From: Octopus bimaculoides
Taxonomy: Eukaryota
Assembly (NCBI RefSeq): GCF_001194135.2
Contig: NC_068985.1
Location: 54,231,908-54,295,907 of the forward strand
Reading direction: 5' to 3'
Length of the DNA: 64,000 nt
Both the position numbers and the translations under genes were made by a program. The notes below the pieces were generated by a model that was not told the DNA's origin, ran no database searches, and saw nothing but the letters and a program-made list of their open reading frames with translations. Below, one piece after another: positions 23,516 to 36,567 of the stretch (the first letter of the stretch is position 1; every line of letters begins with the position of its first letter).

Positions 23516-23850
23516 TTATTACCTCTGCCCTAGTGAAGGCGGAGGTATTGTTTTCAGTTGTGTTTGTTTGTTTGTTTGTCCATGGATAAGAACTGCTGCA
23601 TGGATTTGGATGAAACTCTCAGGGATGTTTTTTGTGATCAATCTGATACCAGACAAGGATTCTGGATTATTTTTCCTGTTTTTTTTTTACTTAATTTTTG
23701 AGAGTGGTCGGGTTCATTTTTAGTATTCTCATTTGTGAGAGCAGTTGAGCTTATTTCAGATATTCTCGTTTTAAAAGTCATCTTCGGTTAATCATTGAGG
23801 ACATTGGTGTTGCCTTGGCGGAGGTTTGCACTCTCCGAGTGCTCTTGTTT
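23516..23850 (+). mobile_element. Helentron-associated (HINE / DINE-1-like) non-autonomous element
   Basis: 5' ACCTCTGCC (23521) pairs with a nearby GGCGGAGGT (23538) and a distal GGCGGAGGT (23817). (GTTT)n at 23561-23580. 3' stem-loop GCACTC-tcc-GAGTGC at 23828-23842. T-rich ends. Confidence 0.75.
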
Positions 23851-24727
23851 ATATATGATACAATTAACTACTACAACTTTGTTTACAGACATAGGCTTTA
23901 TAATAGCCACCTGTGTACGATACAAAATACATCATACCAATTTAATGTGGTATTTATCTGGAGATGTCACTTATGGATGTATTCATTAACTTCATCATAA
24001 TTTAATGCCCGTTTTCCAGGCTGGCATGGGTTGGACAGTTTGACCAGAGCTGGTAAGGCCAGGGACTGCACCAGGCTCCACTGTCTGTTCTGGCATGGGT
24101 TCTAGGTCTGGATGCCCTTTCTAACACCAACCACTCCACACAGTGTACTGGGTGCTTTTAATATGGCACCAGCACCAGTGCTTTCTATGTGGTACAAGCA
24201 CCTGTATCAATTCTGCTGTGGCAGACAAGTCTTCTTGATGTGTTTCAAAACACATATATATATCAGTAGCAGCATTTTTAAATATGGTACATCCATAAGA
24301 GATATTATGTCAAGAGGAATACTGCTGTAAATTAGCTTTTTTGCAATGTATTTGCATTCAGTATGGCAAACAAATAGCAATTTTAATCTAATATTGCTTC
24401 TGTTGCATATAACAGATATGCTTCCTCAATGCAGTTACATGAAAGGTATAAAGTATTGAACGAATGGTCATGTAAGACCATTTAGGGTATTGATGCAAAT
24501 GGGCAAGATCTTCTCAGAATAATCCATACAGGAAGAGAAACACTAAAGAGTTCTATCTAGACAGAGAGATAGCAACATAAACGACAGGAGTTTTGTTCAG
24601 TAAGTAGGCCTGACTGCACAATACAGTATAATGCCAACTATCTGCTTTCACCCTTCAGATATTGATCAATAAAAACTGTAATTCTTTTATTTAAAAATAT
24701 CATTTTGAGGTGAACATGCAAATAAGG

Positions 24728-24776
<49 letters not shown>

Positions 24777-25304
24777 AAGAGAGAGAGTGGAAACTAAAAC
24801 AGACCCTAATACACACAAACATGTAAATAAAGATAAATTATGTTTCATAAATATCAATAAAATGCAATAGTAAATAAAAACTTGGCATTATTTTCCTGAG
24901 AATCCTCAGATTTTTTTCAATGACTGCTGTTGCAAATGAAGGCAATAGACAACTGGATTTCTCTCAACTAGTCTCTCCCTCAGCCCATTCAGTATTAAGT
25001 TATATCATCATCATCCTCTCCAGCTTTCTCTAACTCTTTTCTCTGTATCCTGCATTCCTGCATTGTATCACAGGTTTTCTGCATCCTGCATTGTATCACA
25101 GGATTTGGTAGATGGAAACTTAAAGATGCCCAGCACACACACACGTGTGTGTGTGTGTGCTGATCATCTTTAAGTTTCCATCTACCAAATCCACTCACAA
25201 GGCTTTGGTTGACTTGGGACTGTAGTAGATGACACTTGCTCAAGGTGCCACACAATGGAACCAAACCTAGAAGCATGAGGTTGGGAGGTGGATATGGATA
25301 TATG

Positions 25305-25353
<49 letters not shown>

Positions 25354-25992
25354 CTAAAATGCTTCATGCTACATACATTATATGTGTTATTAATAGTTTC
25401 ACATACATAAGTACATTCATCAGGCAATGATTGAACTATCCACCCAAGAGGTTTATGTTCAAATAGAGGACAGAAGTGAAGTGATACAATGGCAAAAAGT
25501 ACCTAATGGAAGATTCCACCAAGATAGGCGAATGAATAAAAAAACAAACAAACAATTTTTTAAAAATAAATAAATAAATAAAAATTATAAAAAGTTAAAG
25601 GGTATGTTCAATATATATTAAAAGATCTATTGAAATATAATAAAAACTTGTAAATGCATGAATGAAGATGAAAAGTACAAAGATTCTATTTATTTTTTAT
25701 TTATTTTAAAGAATTGGGTTTTTTGGGGGTTTTTTTTTATTCATTCACCCATCTTGGTGGAATCTTCCATTAGGTACGTTTTGCCTTCGTATCGTTTCAC
25801 ACCTGTTCTCTATTTAAACGTAAACCTCTTGGTTGGATAGTTCAATCAGTGACTGGTGAACATACTTATGCACACGAAACTATTAGTAGCATATATAATG
25901 CATGTCGTATGAAGCATCTATAGTAATGTTAGACTCTCATTAGATGGCATACTCTCTTTATTGATTTTCACACAAATTAATTTCATATATAT

Positions 25993-26042
<50 letters not shown>

Positions 26043-26575
26043 ACATATGCATGTATACCTGCACATACACACAAATACATGTGTATACATATATACAGAG
26101 AACAGCTTTGGTCATAAGCCTGTAGGATCAGAGTTGGTCTCTATTCAGACAACTATAACAACTACATATCCATACATATGGGGCCAGATCTTGGCAACAT
26201 AGTGTCCAACTAGAAAATGTTAAGCAATAGTAGTAGACATGGGTGGAATGTGTCCTTAAATCTTCCCTTTGGCCTTGTGTTCATAACATGAGAGGTTTTA
26301 AGCCCTTATGCATGCACCCTAATCCCATGATGCTGGTTTTCTGGTGTAGAAGGCCAGCTATAGCATTGTACTACCTACATTTCTTGTAGTGAACAAATGA
26401 GGAGATGCTTGTCCTTCAGTAAGTATCATAACTGGGTAGTTCTAATTGTGTAGTTAAGAAACTTGCTTCCAAACCAAGTGGTCTTGGATTCAGTCCCACT
26501 GTGTGGCACCTTGCACAAGTGTCTGCTACTATAGCCCCAGGCCAACCAAAGCCACTTGAGTAGTTTTGGTAAGTA

Positions 26576-26732
26576 GGCACAGGAGTGGCTGTGTGGTAAG
26601 TAGCTTGCTTACCAACCACATGGTTCCGGGTTCAGTCCCACTGCATGGCACTGTAGCCTCGGGCCGACCAAAGCCTTGTGAGTGGATTTGATAGACGGAA
26701 ACTGAAAGAAGTCCGTTGTATATATGTATATG

Positions 26733-26773
<41 letters not shown>

Positions 26774-27045
26774 NNNNNNNNNNNNNNNNNNNNNNNNNNN
26801 NNNNNNNNNNNNNNNNNNNNNNNNNNNNNNNNNNNNNNNNNNNNNNNNNNCCCCCCCCCCCCCCAACATCGCTTGACAACCGATGCTGATGTGTTTACGT
26901 CTCCTTAACTTAGCGGTTCGGCAAAAGAGACCGATATAATAAGTACTAGGCTTACAAAGAATAAGTCCTGGGGTCGATTTGCTCGACTAAAGGCGGTGCT
27001 CCAGCATGGCCGCAGTCAAATGACTGAAACAAGTAAAAGAGTAAA
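26576..27045 (+). mobile_element. SINE family A, young copy nested in an older family-A copy (26430-26573, resuming at about 27046); contains an N-gap
   Basis: Full head ggcacaggagtggctgtgtggtaag and full tail. The flanks are the two halves of a more diverged copy. Confidence 0.85.
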
Positions 27046-27747
27046 TGTAAACTTAACAGAAGCCAGTTGTATATGTATGTATTTGTGTCTCTTTGTCTTG
27101 ACATCACGTGATAGCTGTAAATGAGCGTCTCCATCGTAGAAGCCATGTTGTTTGTTTCCAATCTTCAGTGGATACAACTTTGGCCATGGAGAAATATTCA
27201 TCTTGCTTCGACAGAACTAAGGGTTGGTGACAGGAAGGGTATTCAGCCATAGAATATGTACCTCAAAAACACCATTTGACCCATATAAGCGTGGAAAAGT
27301 GGGCTTTAAAATGATGATGGTGATGATAATACATACACACAAAAAAATAAATAAAATAAAACAAAAAATGACAGTCATGTAGTATCTTCAAAGTATATAG
27401 GATTATAATTAGCATATTTTCAAGGAGTATCCAAATACTACCATCTGCTAAATATTGAGTTCTGCTGTGTATATGTTATAATTCTACTTTGTATATGTAT
27501 GCACACTTGTTTGAGTTTATATCTGCCAATGTTTATTATCATATTAATGCTATATTTATTATTGTATGAGAATCACATTAATATTATAACAGCCTGGGCT
27601 ACAATCTACTTTTTGTAACACACGCACACACACACACAGGTGCTAACGTACCAAACTCTCAGCGCATGAGTCACTCTGTTGCTTCTGCTAAATAATAATA
27701 ATAATAATAGTTTATAGAGAGGACTGATAAACTCAGCAGAAATGTAA

Positions 27748-27792
27748 TATATAGAAAGATGAGTTCTTAACTTTTTTCTTAACTCATCTTTC

Positions 27793-27798
<6 letters not shown>
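27748..27798. repeat. Perfect 18-bp stem hairpin with a 15-nt loop
   Basis: tatatagaaagatgagtt (27748-27765) and aactcatctttctatata (27781-27798). Confidence 0.85.
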
Positions 27799-27819
<21 letters not shown>

Positions 27820-27830
<11 letters not shown>

Positions 27831-28240
27831 TATTATTATTATTATTATTATTATTCAGTAGTTTTATTTTTATAACGTGCTTTCACTTCACTACCGAGCG
27901 CAGCTCTGTGCGCCTTGGGTATGTGCTGTGGTTTGCTGTGGTGCTCTTATGTTTACTGTATTGAAAGTGTTTTGCGTAGGATGTGTGCAGTACCCAGTAG
28001 TGCAATTTTCTGTATGTTATATATATTTGTAAGTCCTGCTATTTTTGTTATGTATTTGTCTGAATATTTTTTTATTATACCTAAGGCACCTACTATGATA
28101 GGAATTGTTTCTGTTTTTAGATTCCACATTCGAGTTATCTCTATTTCCAGGTCTTTGTATTTTGAAAGTTTTTCCATTTCTTTTAGAGAAACGTTGTCAT
28201 CTGCTGGTATTGATACATCAATTAGAAAGCATTTTTTTTC
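27820..28240 (-). mobile_element. R4/Dong-like non-LTR retrotransposon 3' end (restriction-like endonuclease domain, 3' UTR, (TAA)n tail)
   Basis: Uninterrupted KKCFLIDVSIPADDNVSLKEMEKLSKYKDLEIEITRMWNLKTETIPIIVGALG...LRKTLSIQ* (stop at 27953-27955), including the RLE KxxKY motif. (TAA)n arrays lie on both sides. Confidence 0.85.
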
Positions 28241-29460
28241 TATTATTATTATTATTATTAATATTATTATTATACACACATACTAAAAAATAATAAATGA
28301 AATCAAATTAAAGTGAAAATCTTTCCATCTTATAACTTCGTCAGCGTTTTGTTCAACAAGGTAGGGCAAACCTGTAGATTATTTGTCATACAATATAGAG
28401 AATATGTAGAAAACACCAAACAAAACAAATCACCTAAGTCAGACGAAGAAATAATCCATGGGATATAAATGTCTGCTTACAGCTGCTTGTATTGTATAAG
28501 GGAAACACGACAACAGAGAGAGGCTACAGCTGAGAGATCTACTGAAATGCTATAGTGATTAACATGGTATAGTAGATAGCTCATATAATTGGCAATTATA
28601 CAAGAATTATTGTGAAATAGGGTTGAATGATGATAACATGGCAATGATATAACAACAATGAGGTGTTAGGTTTTGTAATAGAAATGAGGGAAATAACCAA
28701 TTCCTTCAGTTGAGGAATAGTAAGTTGCTGAAGTGCGACAGAGATAGAAAAGAAGTTGTTAAAAATTATATAGATTCAACTCCAGTAGACAGAAAGCCTA
28801 CTTAAAGCAAAGCAATTTCATATTATTATTACTACGCTTGGCTTCCAGTATCGTTTACCTAACTTCAACAGACACACAAATGTTAAAAAAAAAAAGACAT
28901 TGTCATTATCATCATCATCATCATCCTTTCACATCCATTTTCCATGCTGATATGGGTTGAATGGTTTGACCTGAGGTGGCAAGCTGGAGAGCTAAACCAG
29001 GTTCCACTCTGTAAAGTGGTTGGTGTTAAGAAGAGCATCCAGCCATAGAAGACATGCCAAAACAGATGACTGGAGCCTGGTGCAGCTCTCCTGTTTGCCA
29101 GCTCCTATCAAACCATCCAGCCTATGCCAGTATGGAAAACAGTGGGAAGAAGAAGAAGAATCATAATGAACCAACCAAAAAATACAATGATCCTATCAGC
29201 TTCAGTAAGAAGAATTGTCATTGGTCTGTACAACTCCAATCAAATATCTATGCCTGCATAGATAACACTGCATTTCCGCAATGACCGAACCCTACATCAT
29301 ATAAACCATATCTACTTGTTCCCATTCAACCTTCACCTCATATATTTTCTATCATTTAGCCATTGAAAGGTTAACCAAACATTTCGCATATGCACTTCAT
29401 AACCAGAACAGTGTGATCTTTTCTCCTATATGTATATCTATCTTATCTGTTTACCTCTCA

Positions 29461-29501
<41 letters not shown>

Positions 29502-29600
29502 AATAATAATGTTTAATTGTGACAGAAGCAAAATTAATAAAAAAGGTAATATTTATCCTCACTTAAAAGTGGATGTTGCGTTAGAACACAGAATACTGTG

Positions 29601-29758
29601 TTATTTACTATGAGAGAACCTTTCATATGAACTTGTGGTGCATATAAGCACTCATATTTATATCCCTAGCAGGAGAAAATCACCCACTATTGCCACAGAT
29701 GATTATAATTTTATGCACCACACGTCCAAATGAAAGGTTCTCTCATGGGATTAAATAA
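29601..29758. mobile_element. Small MITE with about 45-bp imperfect TIRs
   Basis: ttatttactatgagagaacctttcatatgaacttgtggtgcata ... tatgcaccacacgtccaaatgaaaggttctctcatgggattaaataa. Confidence 0.75.
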
Positions 29759-30753
29759 TGCAGTAGTCTCTGTTGTAATATAACATCTACTTTTAAGAAG
29801 GGATAAATATTACCATATACATGTATATATCACTCGATATCTCTGGGCTCCAGCTCATATTTACTTCATCTTTTTTATAATCTAATATGCAAACAGCATT
29901 AAAAAAACTGCACATTTAGATACAACTATCAACAAAAAGAAATTTATCTGTTTGTTAACCACGCCTTCAGTATGCAAACAGAATTTATGAGGATAGCATG
30001 CACTTTTAGTGAGGAGTCAGGTATAGCTAAACATATATCTATGTAGTCTTCAAGACTAGGGGTCATGAGAAATTAAGAGCATCTTTTTGGAATAAATGTA
30101 TCAAACACATACAACTACACCTGTCTGATATTATCAACAGAAACAGATAAACCTTCCCTATTAGAAGTCACATAACACTGTTTTTACCTTCTAAATATTA
30201 AATAATGCTGTACAGTGGAACAAAGGTAAGGTTCATGTGACCATTTTCATTGCATGTATGTCACCATCAACTTTCAGAAAGGCACAAGTGTCAGGTTTTA
30301 TATCTTAAGATTTACATCTAGGTAAGAAATAAAAAAAAAACAAATAGATAAACATTTATCAGCTGATGCTCTTTTCAGCTATCACACTAATTCAAGACAA
30401 GAAGACACACACATATGCATGTGTGTGTATGTATGATAGCTTTACAGTTTCCATCTATTAAATCCATTCACAAGGTCTTTGGTCTGCTTGGAGCTATTGT
30501 AGAAGGCACTTACCCAAGTTGCCATGTAATAAGAGAGAACCAGAAGCCACGGTGGTTGGAAAGCAAACTTCTGCATTCTGTAGCCATGCCTACATATAAA
30601 TCTCATTAATTAACCCTACCAACCAAATAAACAATAGTCAACTACACACATTCCCACAAGCACATATTTATATATGCAATGAATTTGTGGGGCAAATTAG
30701 TCTAATTGAGGAGTTGATGGAGATGTGTAACCCTATAACTGTATCTATCTGTG

Positions 30754-30799
<46 letters not shown>

Positions 30800-33206
30800 G
30801 AACTAATAAAATTCACATCAAAAGGACAGGTTTTAAACTGATGTAAGAAAAATTAAAGATAGAATATGAAATGTATTTCGTTTGCCGAAAGTTTAATGGC
30901 AGTTTCATAAGAGAGGAGAAATAAGTTATCTTTTATATAAGCCGAAAATTGGTGGTCTAAATATAGTTGAGTTTCAAGCATAGATATGAGAATAAATAAA
31001 TAAATGAAATGAAATGATTCTGATCAACACAGTATTGTAAACAATTGTTGAATACATTGGCAATGGATAGCTTTTGTACAGAACCAGTCAACCAAGTCAA
31101 CCACCATTAGCACTTACAATATTATCACTTATGATCATTAGTTCATAGCCAGATAGGTGCACACACACACATATACATCAGCAGTGTTTGTGCTTAATTA
31201 GTTTCAGTAAAGTCAACCAAATAATACAGTTGGTGCAGGCAAAACTAGTTTTCAAGCATAATTCTGTAAGAATAAGCACACAACCACTGTAGCAATCATT
31301 AATGAAATGGCTTTCAGATATGATTAACAATAAAAACGCGTATTCACACTCTTCTCTTTCTCATTGTTTAAATATCTAAATAAGCAGAAAAGTAATTAGT
31401 GATATTTTAAGGAGGGGAAGGGGTGGTATTTGAATTTTCAGCCAGTTATGATATTTATATTGTATTGCAGAAGAAACAGAGGTAAAATATATTATCTAAC
31501 AAATACATAACTCTGTAATTGTGGTTAAACCCTTCTCTTACACAAACACACACACAGAACACAAACATTAAATTTATATTCATGTAAAGTTAACAGTGGA
31601 TTAAAGATTAATATAGGATTACAGCAGTATTATGTTTTCTTTAAAGACTATATGCAAGAGAGATTAATATTTAACTAATTTCATAATTATTTCTTTGTTA
31701 CAAGGGTGATGCAGGAGAAGGTTATAAAGACAGGTTAATAAATTGATGTAATTCACATCGAAATCAAAATGGGTGAAGAGTGACAGGATGTATAATACAC
31801 AAATATGTGATAACATCCTCAGAGAGAGGAGTGCAACCTAGGCCCAATCAAAGTACCCCAAAGATCCAGTACTGTCTCGACTTACAAAGTAAGCTCTCAC
31901 AGCTGTATTACCCAACCAACAAGCACCTGCTGAGTGTTGGCTCATTTACTAAGGCTATATGAGCCATTCTCACTTCCCTTAGAGGGCAGCACCTCCCTCT
32001 CAAAGTTGATGTTGGTTTAGCCAAGAGGAGCAGGATTCAGAACAGTTGCACTATGTCTGATCATTGGTAATGGTCATTGTACAAAGAAGTGATCCAACCT
32101 TGGAAAAATTGGGCTGAAACTGGCTTCATTGAAAATACCTGCCAACCTTATCGAAGGCTCTTGATTAATCAAAAATGACCAGAGCCTCATCAAAGCCAAG
32201 TTTGTTACATATGCTGTCTATGATGTACAGCATGAGGTGGAACTTGTAATGGCTAAATTTGCCTGGAATCACACAATCTAGTACTTTTCTGACTCCACTA
32301 CTGATGACAAGGGTTAACATCTAGCAAAGACATTGACCCTTGCTAGCTCTAAACTCAGAACTTCCATTCTGCAATGAGCAGGGTTACAAACCAGATATTA
32401 TCAATAATGCACCCCATGTTTTCACCCTTCTTCAGTAGTACTTCTCTCTAACTCACAGAACCAGGAATTTTCCTATTCTACTGCCAGTTGCAGATGTCCT
32501 TTACAAACAAGTTGAGCATGTATACATAAAGCTTCTAAAACAGATCATTCAGACTAAGCAGTATGCCCCTGATACAACAACTTATAGCCAACTCTCCTTT
32601 ATTTTTGTTGACTTTTTGCAGTACTTTCCTCTACTACCACGGACCATGACAGTTGTGAAGAAAGGCATAAAAGATCACTGCAATCTCTCAAGTTCATTAC
32701 TGCTGTTGGTTCATAACAGTTGAGCAAAGTGAGGTTGACTAATAGCAGGTGTCTACCCCTTATGTTTAAGAGCACATATCTCAGTTCTAACAATGCCGCT
32801 TTCGTGTTAGGCATTAACAAAAAATGGTCACAAATCATTGGTCAAAACATCTTAGCTCACTTAATCCCACATTTATTTATTCTTTTCTATGATGAAATAC
32901 CTCGTTGAAGGCAACGTATGAGTGTTCGTCTTTTTGCTGAACAACTTGCACAGATGATTTGTTTATAGTGACCAAATGTATGTGTTGTACATTAGCCCCC
33001 TCCCCTCAACCACTCCCAACCATCAAATGGACTTTGCCTGTACAGTTGCACAAGTGTGTCACGCATCAGATGTCAAAATGATCACAGAGCAACATCAAAT
33101 GAAGTGTTTTGCCTGAGAACACAACACACTACCCAGTCCAGGAATCAAACTCATGATCTAGTAGTCATGAGTGCAACACCCAAACCACTAGGATATGTGC
33201 CTTCAC

Positions 33207-33289
<83 letters not shown>

Positions 33290-33959
33290 TACACTTCAGA
33301 GTGACTCATCACTAGTTTTTGGTTATCTCTCCCACCACTAACAGCAGCTTAATTAATTTGCTAATCCCATTGCTATACATTTTGCACACCAAGAATGAGA
33401 TGTTCAGCCTCCAGCAAATAGATGCCAGTTTGTGCATACTATCTAGGACACCTATGCAGTTGAAAAGTGTGGACCCCCTACACTATCTCTATGCACTGAC
33501 CTAACAAATATGCTGTCTAAATATAATCTGGAGGACCTGATGTAGTTGCTTCATGTCTATATGAGTGTATTTGAGAAATCCACGCAACACTTGTCAGACT
33601 TGGAACTGTCTGAGCAGGCTTGTGAAGCTTTTACAGCTTACCACTCCTGTTGTTAATACCACACAATCCCAATGTGTGTCTAAAATGCCATTCCTGTCTC
33701 CAACTTGTACTAATGCGTGAAACATTCCCAAGAAAAACCTGTAGATGCTTGAAGAAATGCAACTGCCCTACCTTGGTTGAGGCATTGATGGTTACTAATA
33801 TGAAGGCACTACTTTTACAGCTGTTCCTATCTACCACCACTGACTTAGACATACCACCGTCCAGGTTCAGAAAGAAAAATCTAATTGAAGCCCAGAAATT
33901 AAATGCAAAGTATGGACTTAGAAATGTGTTGGTAAAGCACGCACACGCGCGCATGCATG

Positions 33960-33962
<3 letters not shown>

Positions 33963-34044
<82 letters not shown>
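33963..34044. repeat. (CA)n microsatellite, about 40 units; representative of dozens of CA, TA, GA, CAT and AAT tracts (e.g. (TA)n 33213-33286, (GA)n 24730-24772)
   Basis: Read directly from the sequence. These tracts generate the HTHT, YIYI, VCVC and SLSL ORFs in the track. Confidence 0.98.
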
Positions 34045-34046
<2 letters not shown>

Positions 34047-36518
34047 CCATGAACAGTTTTACTGCAGTTAGTATACAAAGTAGCTTTCAGAATTGTCTAT
34101 TAAAAGATTACATATAAATAAAATTAACAAAAAAAGAAAAAAAAAAAAAGCAGAGCCTTCCAACAGATGAATACAGAAGTTTAAGTTAAAATGTCTCAAA
34201 TATCAATGTGATAAGATGGGTAAGAAGGAGAGAACAAACAAAATGGTTGTTGTAAGTCTTCAGAGAAAATATAGTAAGATTATTGTTCCAACAGAGGAAC
34301 AATTAACAAGGATTGTCTAATGAAGAAATGAGGACAAGAATTATTTTGTAAAACACATCAAAAATCTATTTATTCCTTGCAAGTAAGATTACAGGATGAA
34401 TATGAAGCAAGCTGCTTTTGAGATGTGTAATATCTTTAAATAAAACTACCTAACAAATACACGACAGAGACAGACAGACAGACGTGTAAGGTAGACAGTG
34501 TAGAGAAGTGTAAGGTAGACAGAAAAAAAAGGAAAAAGAAATAGCAGGAAATGTAAAAAGGAGACACACACTTGAGAAGAGAGAGGGTATGTGTGTGTGC
34601 GCGCGCGTGCTCCTAGTGTGTGCGCAAGCATGGATCTATGCTTGTACACACATAGATATAACAAGTGGAAAATGTCCACACATGCACAAACAGACATCCA
34701 CATAATCATATACTCTCTTTTACATACACACACGCCTACACTACTAATATACCTACATCATAAGAGAGAAATGAAATCATCTCCATGCAATCATCATTCA
34801 TCATCATATACACACACACACACACACAAAATCACTCAAATGAAATAATGACTGTCTGGCTGTTTCTTTGTTTTAACCTTTAGATAATTTGTTAACCAAA
34901 AAAAAAAAAATCAATAAATAATTCCAATAAAAGCATAAATAAAAGCTTTCTTTCTTTTTTTTTTTCATTTCTTGACACGACTTTTAACAATGTTGAAGGA
35001 TCATTTCCTAACATCTATTTCTACAATTCAATCATCCATCAACTGAACCAATAACAATCCTATGTAATGATAATAATATACACTCTTGATTCTCAAATAA
35101 TTTATTGAGATCTAAAAATATCAGTTAATCTTATTGATGGCATTGGAGGAAATAAATTCGTCAATACAAAAACTATGTAGGACAGATGTCAAAATAGAAA
35201 GAGTGTAAGGTGCAAAAGGAGGTCAGGTGAAGGGACAATATCATAAAGATTGTTGTCCTTGCCTGCGTGAATTGAGCATGACCAAGTGGCATGACTATCC
35301 CAAACTTTTGTTTTACTGACATAGTTTATATAAAACCATGTTATACAATACTAGTAGAGACATTGCCCTGCCCATTGGGTACTGTTTCTGTGAAGGTGCA
35401 TGGCTTAGTGGTTAGGGTATTCGGCTCACAATCATAAGGTTGAGTTCAATTCCTGGTGGCACATTGTGTCCTTGAGCAAGTTACTTCATTTCACATTGCT
35501 CCAGTATACTCAGCTGGCAAAAACAAGTTGTACCTGTATTTCAAAGGGCCAGCCTTGTCACACTCTGTCATGCAGAATCTCTCTGACAACTATGTTATGG
35601 GTATGCATGTCAGTGGAGTGCTCAACCGCTTGCTTGTTAATTTCATGAGCAGGTTGTTTTGTTAATTGGATCAACTGGAACTCTCATCATCACAACTGGT
35701 GGCATCCCAGTTTGTACCAATCCCTAAATAATACTTATACATTTGATTCCCAATTTGTGTAATTTTTCTGATACATAAATTGAGACAAGTTTATATTTGA
35801 TTATAGTTGACATAAGCAAATTAAAACCACTTTTCTGCTTTGACTTTCTATTTCTTCAAAAATGAAGAATATGAAAGGATACTGGAATCAACATAATTTG
35901 GCTGATGCTAGATTAAACTTATAATTTGGAGGAACGCTTTAACCGATATATGCGTAGAAAGTAGTATTGTAAAGTGTATCAGAGAGAGCAAAGACAGAGA
36001 AGGAGCACTAACAATGTTGCAGTGTCAAAAATTGCTTTCTTGTAGTGAATCAAAATTAATGTGTAGTTGAAATCTCCAATAATAAAAGAAGTTTGAAAAC
36101 CACATTTTGATAAAAATGTATTAAAATGAAAATTTTAAAGTTTTTAGACAGTGAAAGTTTAATAAATGCTTTCTTTTAGTGAAAGTCACATACTCCAGAG
36201 GAATTAATAAGTAGCTTTTTTTACTATAGTGTGGGTGTTAAGGTAGCATAAACATAAGCATGGAATCTGAACATTGGATTTTTAGTAGACAGAACTTAGG
36301 TTAAAACACTGTCCTATAGCTTATCATCTGTATGGCTGTGCAGTTCAAAAGTCTGTTTAGCAATTACATGGTTTTGGGTGATGTGCTAGTGCATGGCACC
36401 TTCAGCAAGTGACTTCAACTATAGGCCTGGGCTGACCTATACCATGTGATTGTGGGTGGATTTGGCAGATGAGAACAGCAGGAAGTTCATCATATATGCA
36501 TTTGTTTTGTATACACAC

Positions 36519-36567
<49 letters not shown>

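Noticed and set aside
26176-26209. 34-nt minus-strand candidate exon giving K-FGHYVAKIWPH after the PDZ exon (GHYVA resembles GSYVA)
   Set aside because: Similarity stops after five residues, the betaF LT-x-G pattern is absent and the donor (AT|GTATGG) is modest. An open chain with the two micro-exon candidates is a weak test because the pieces are so short.
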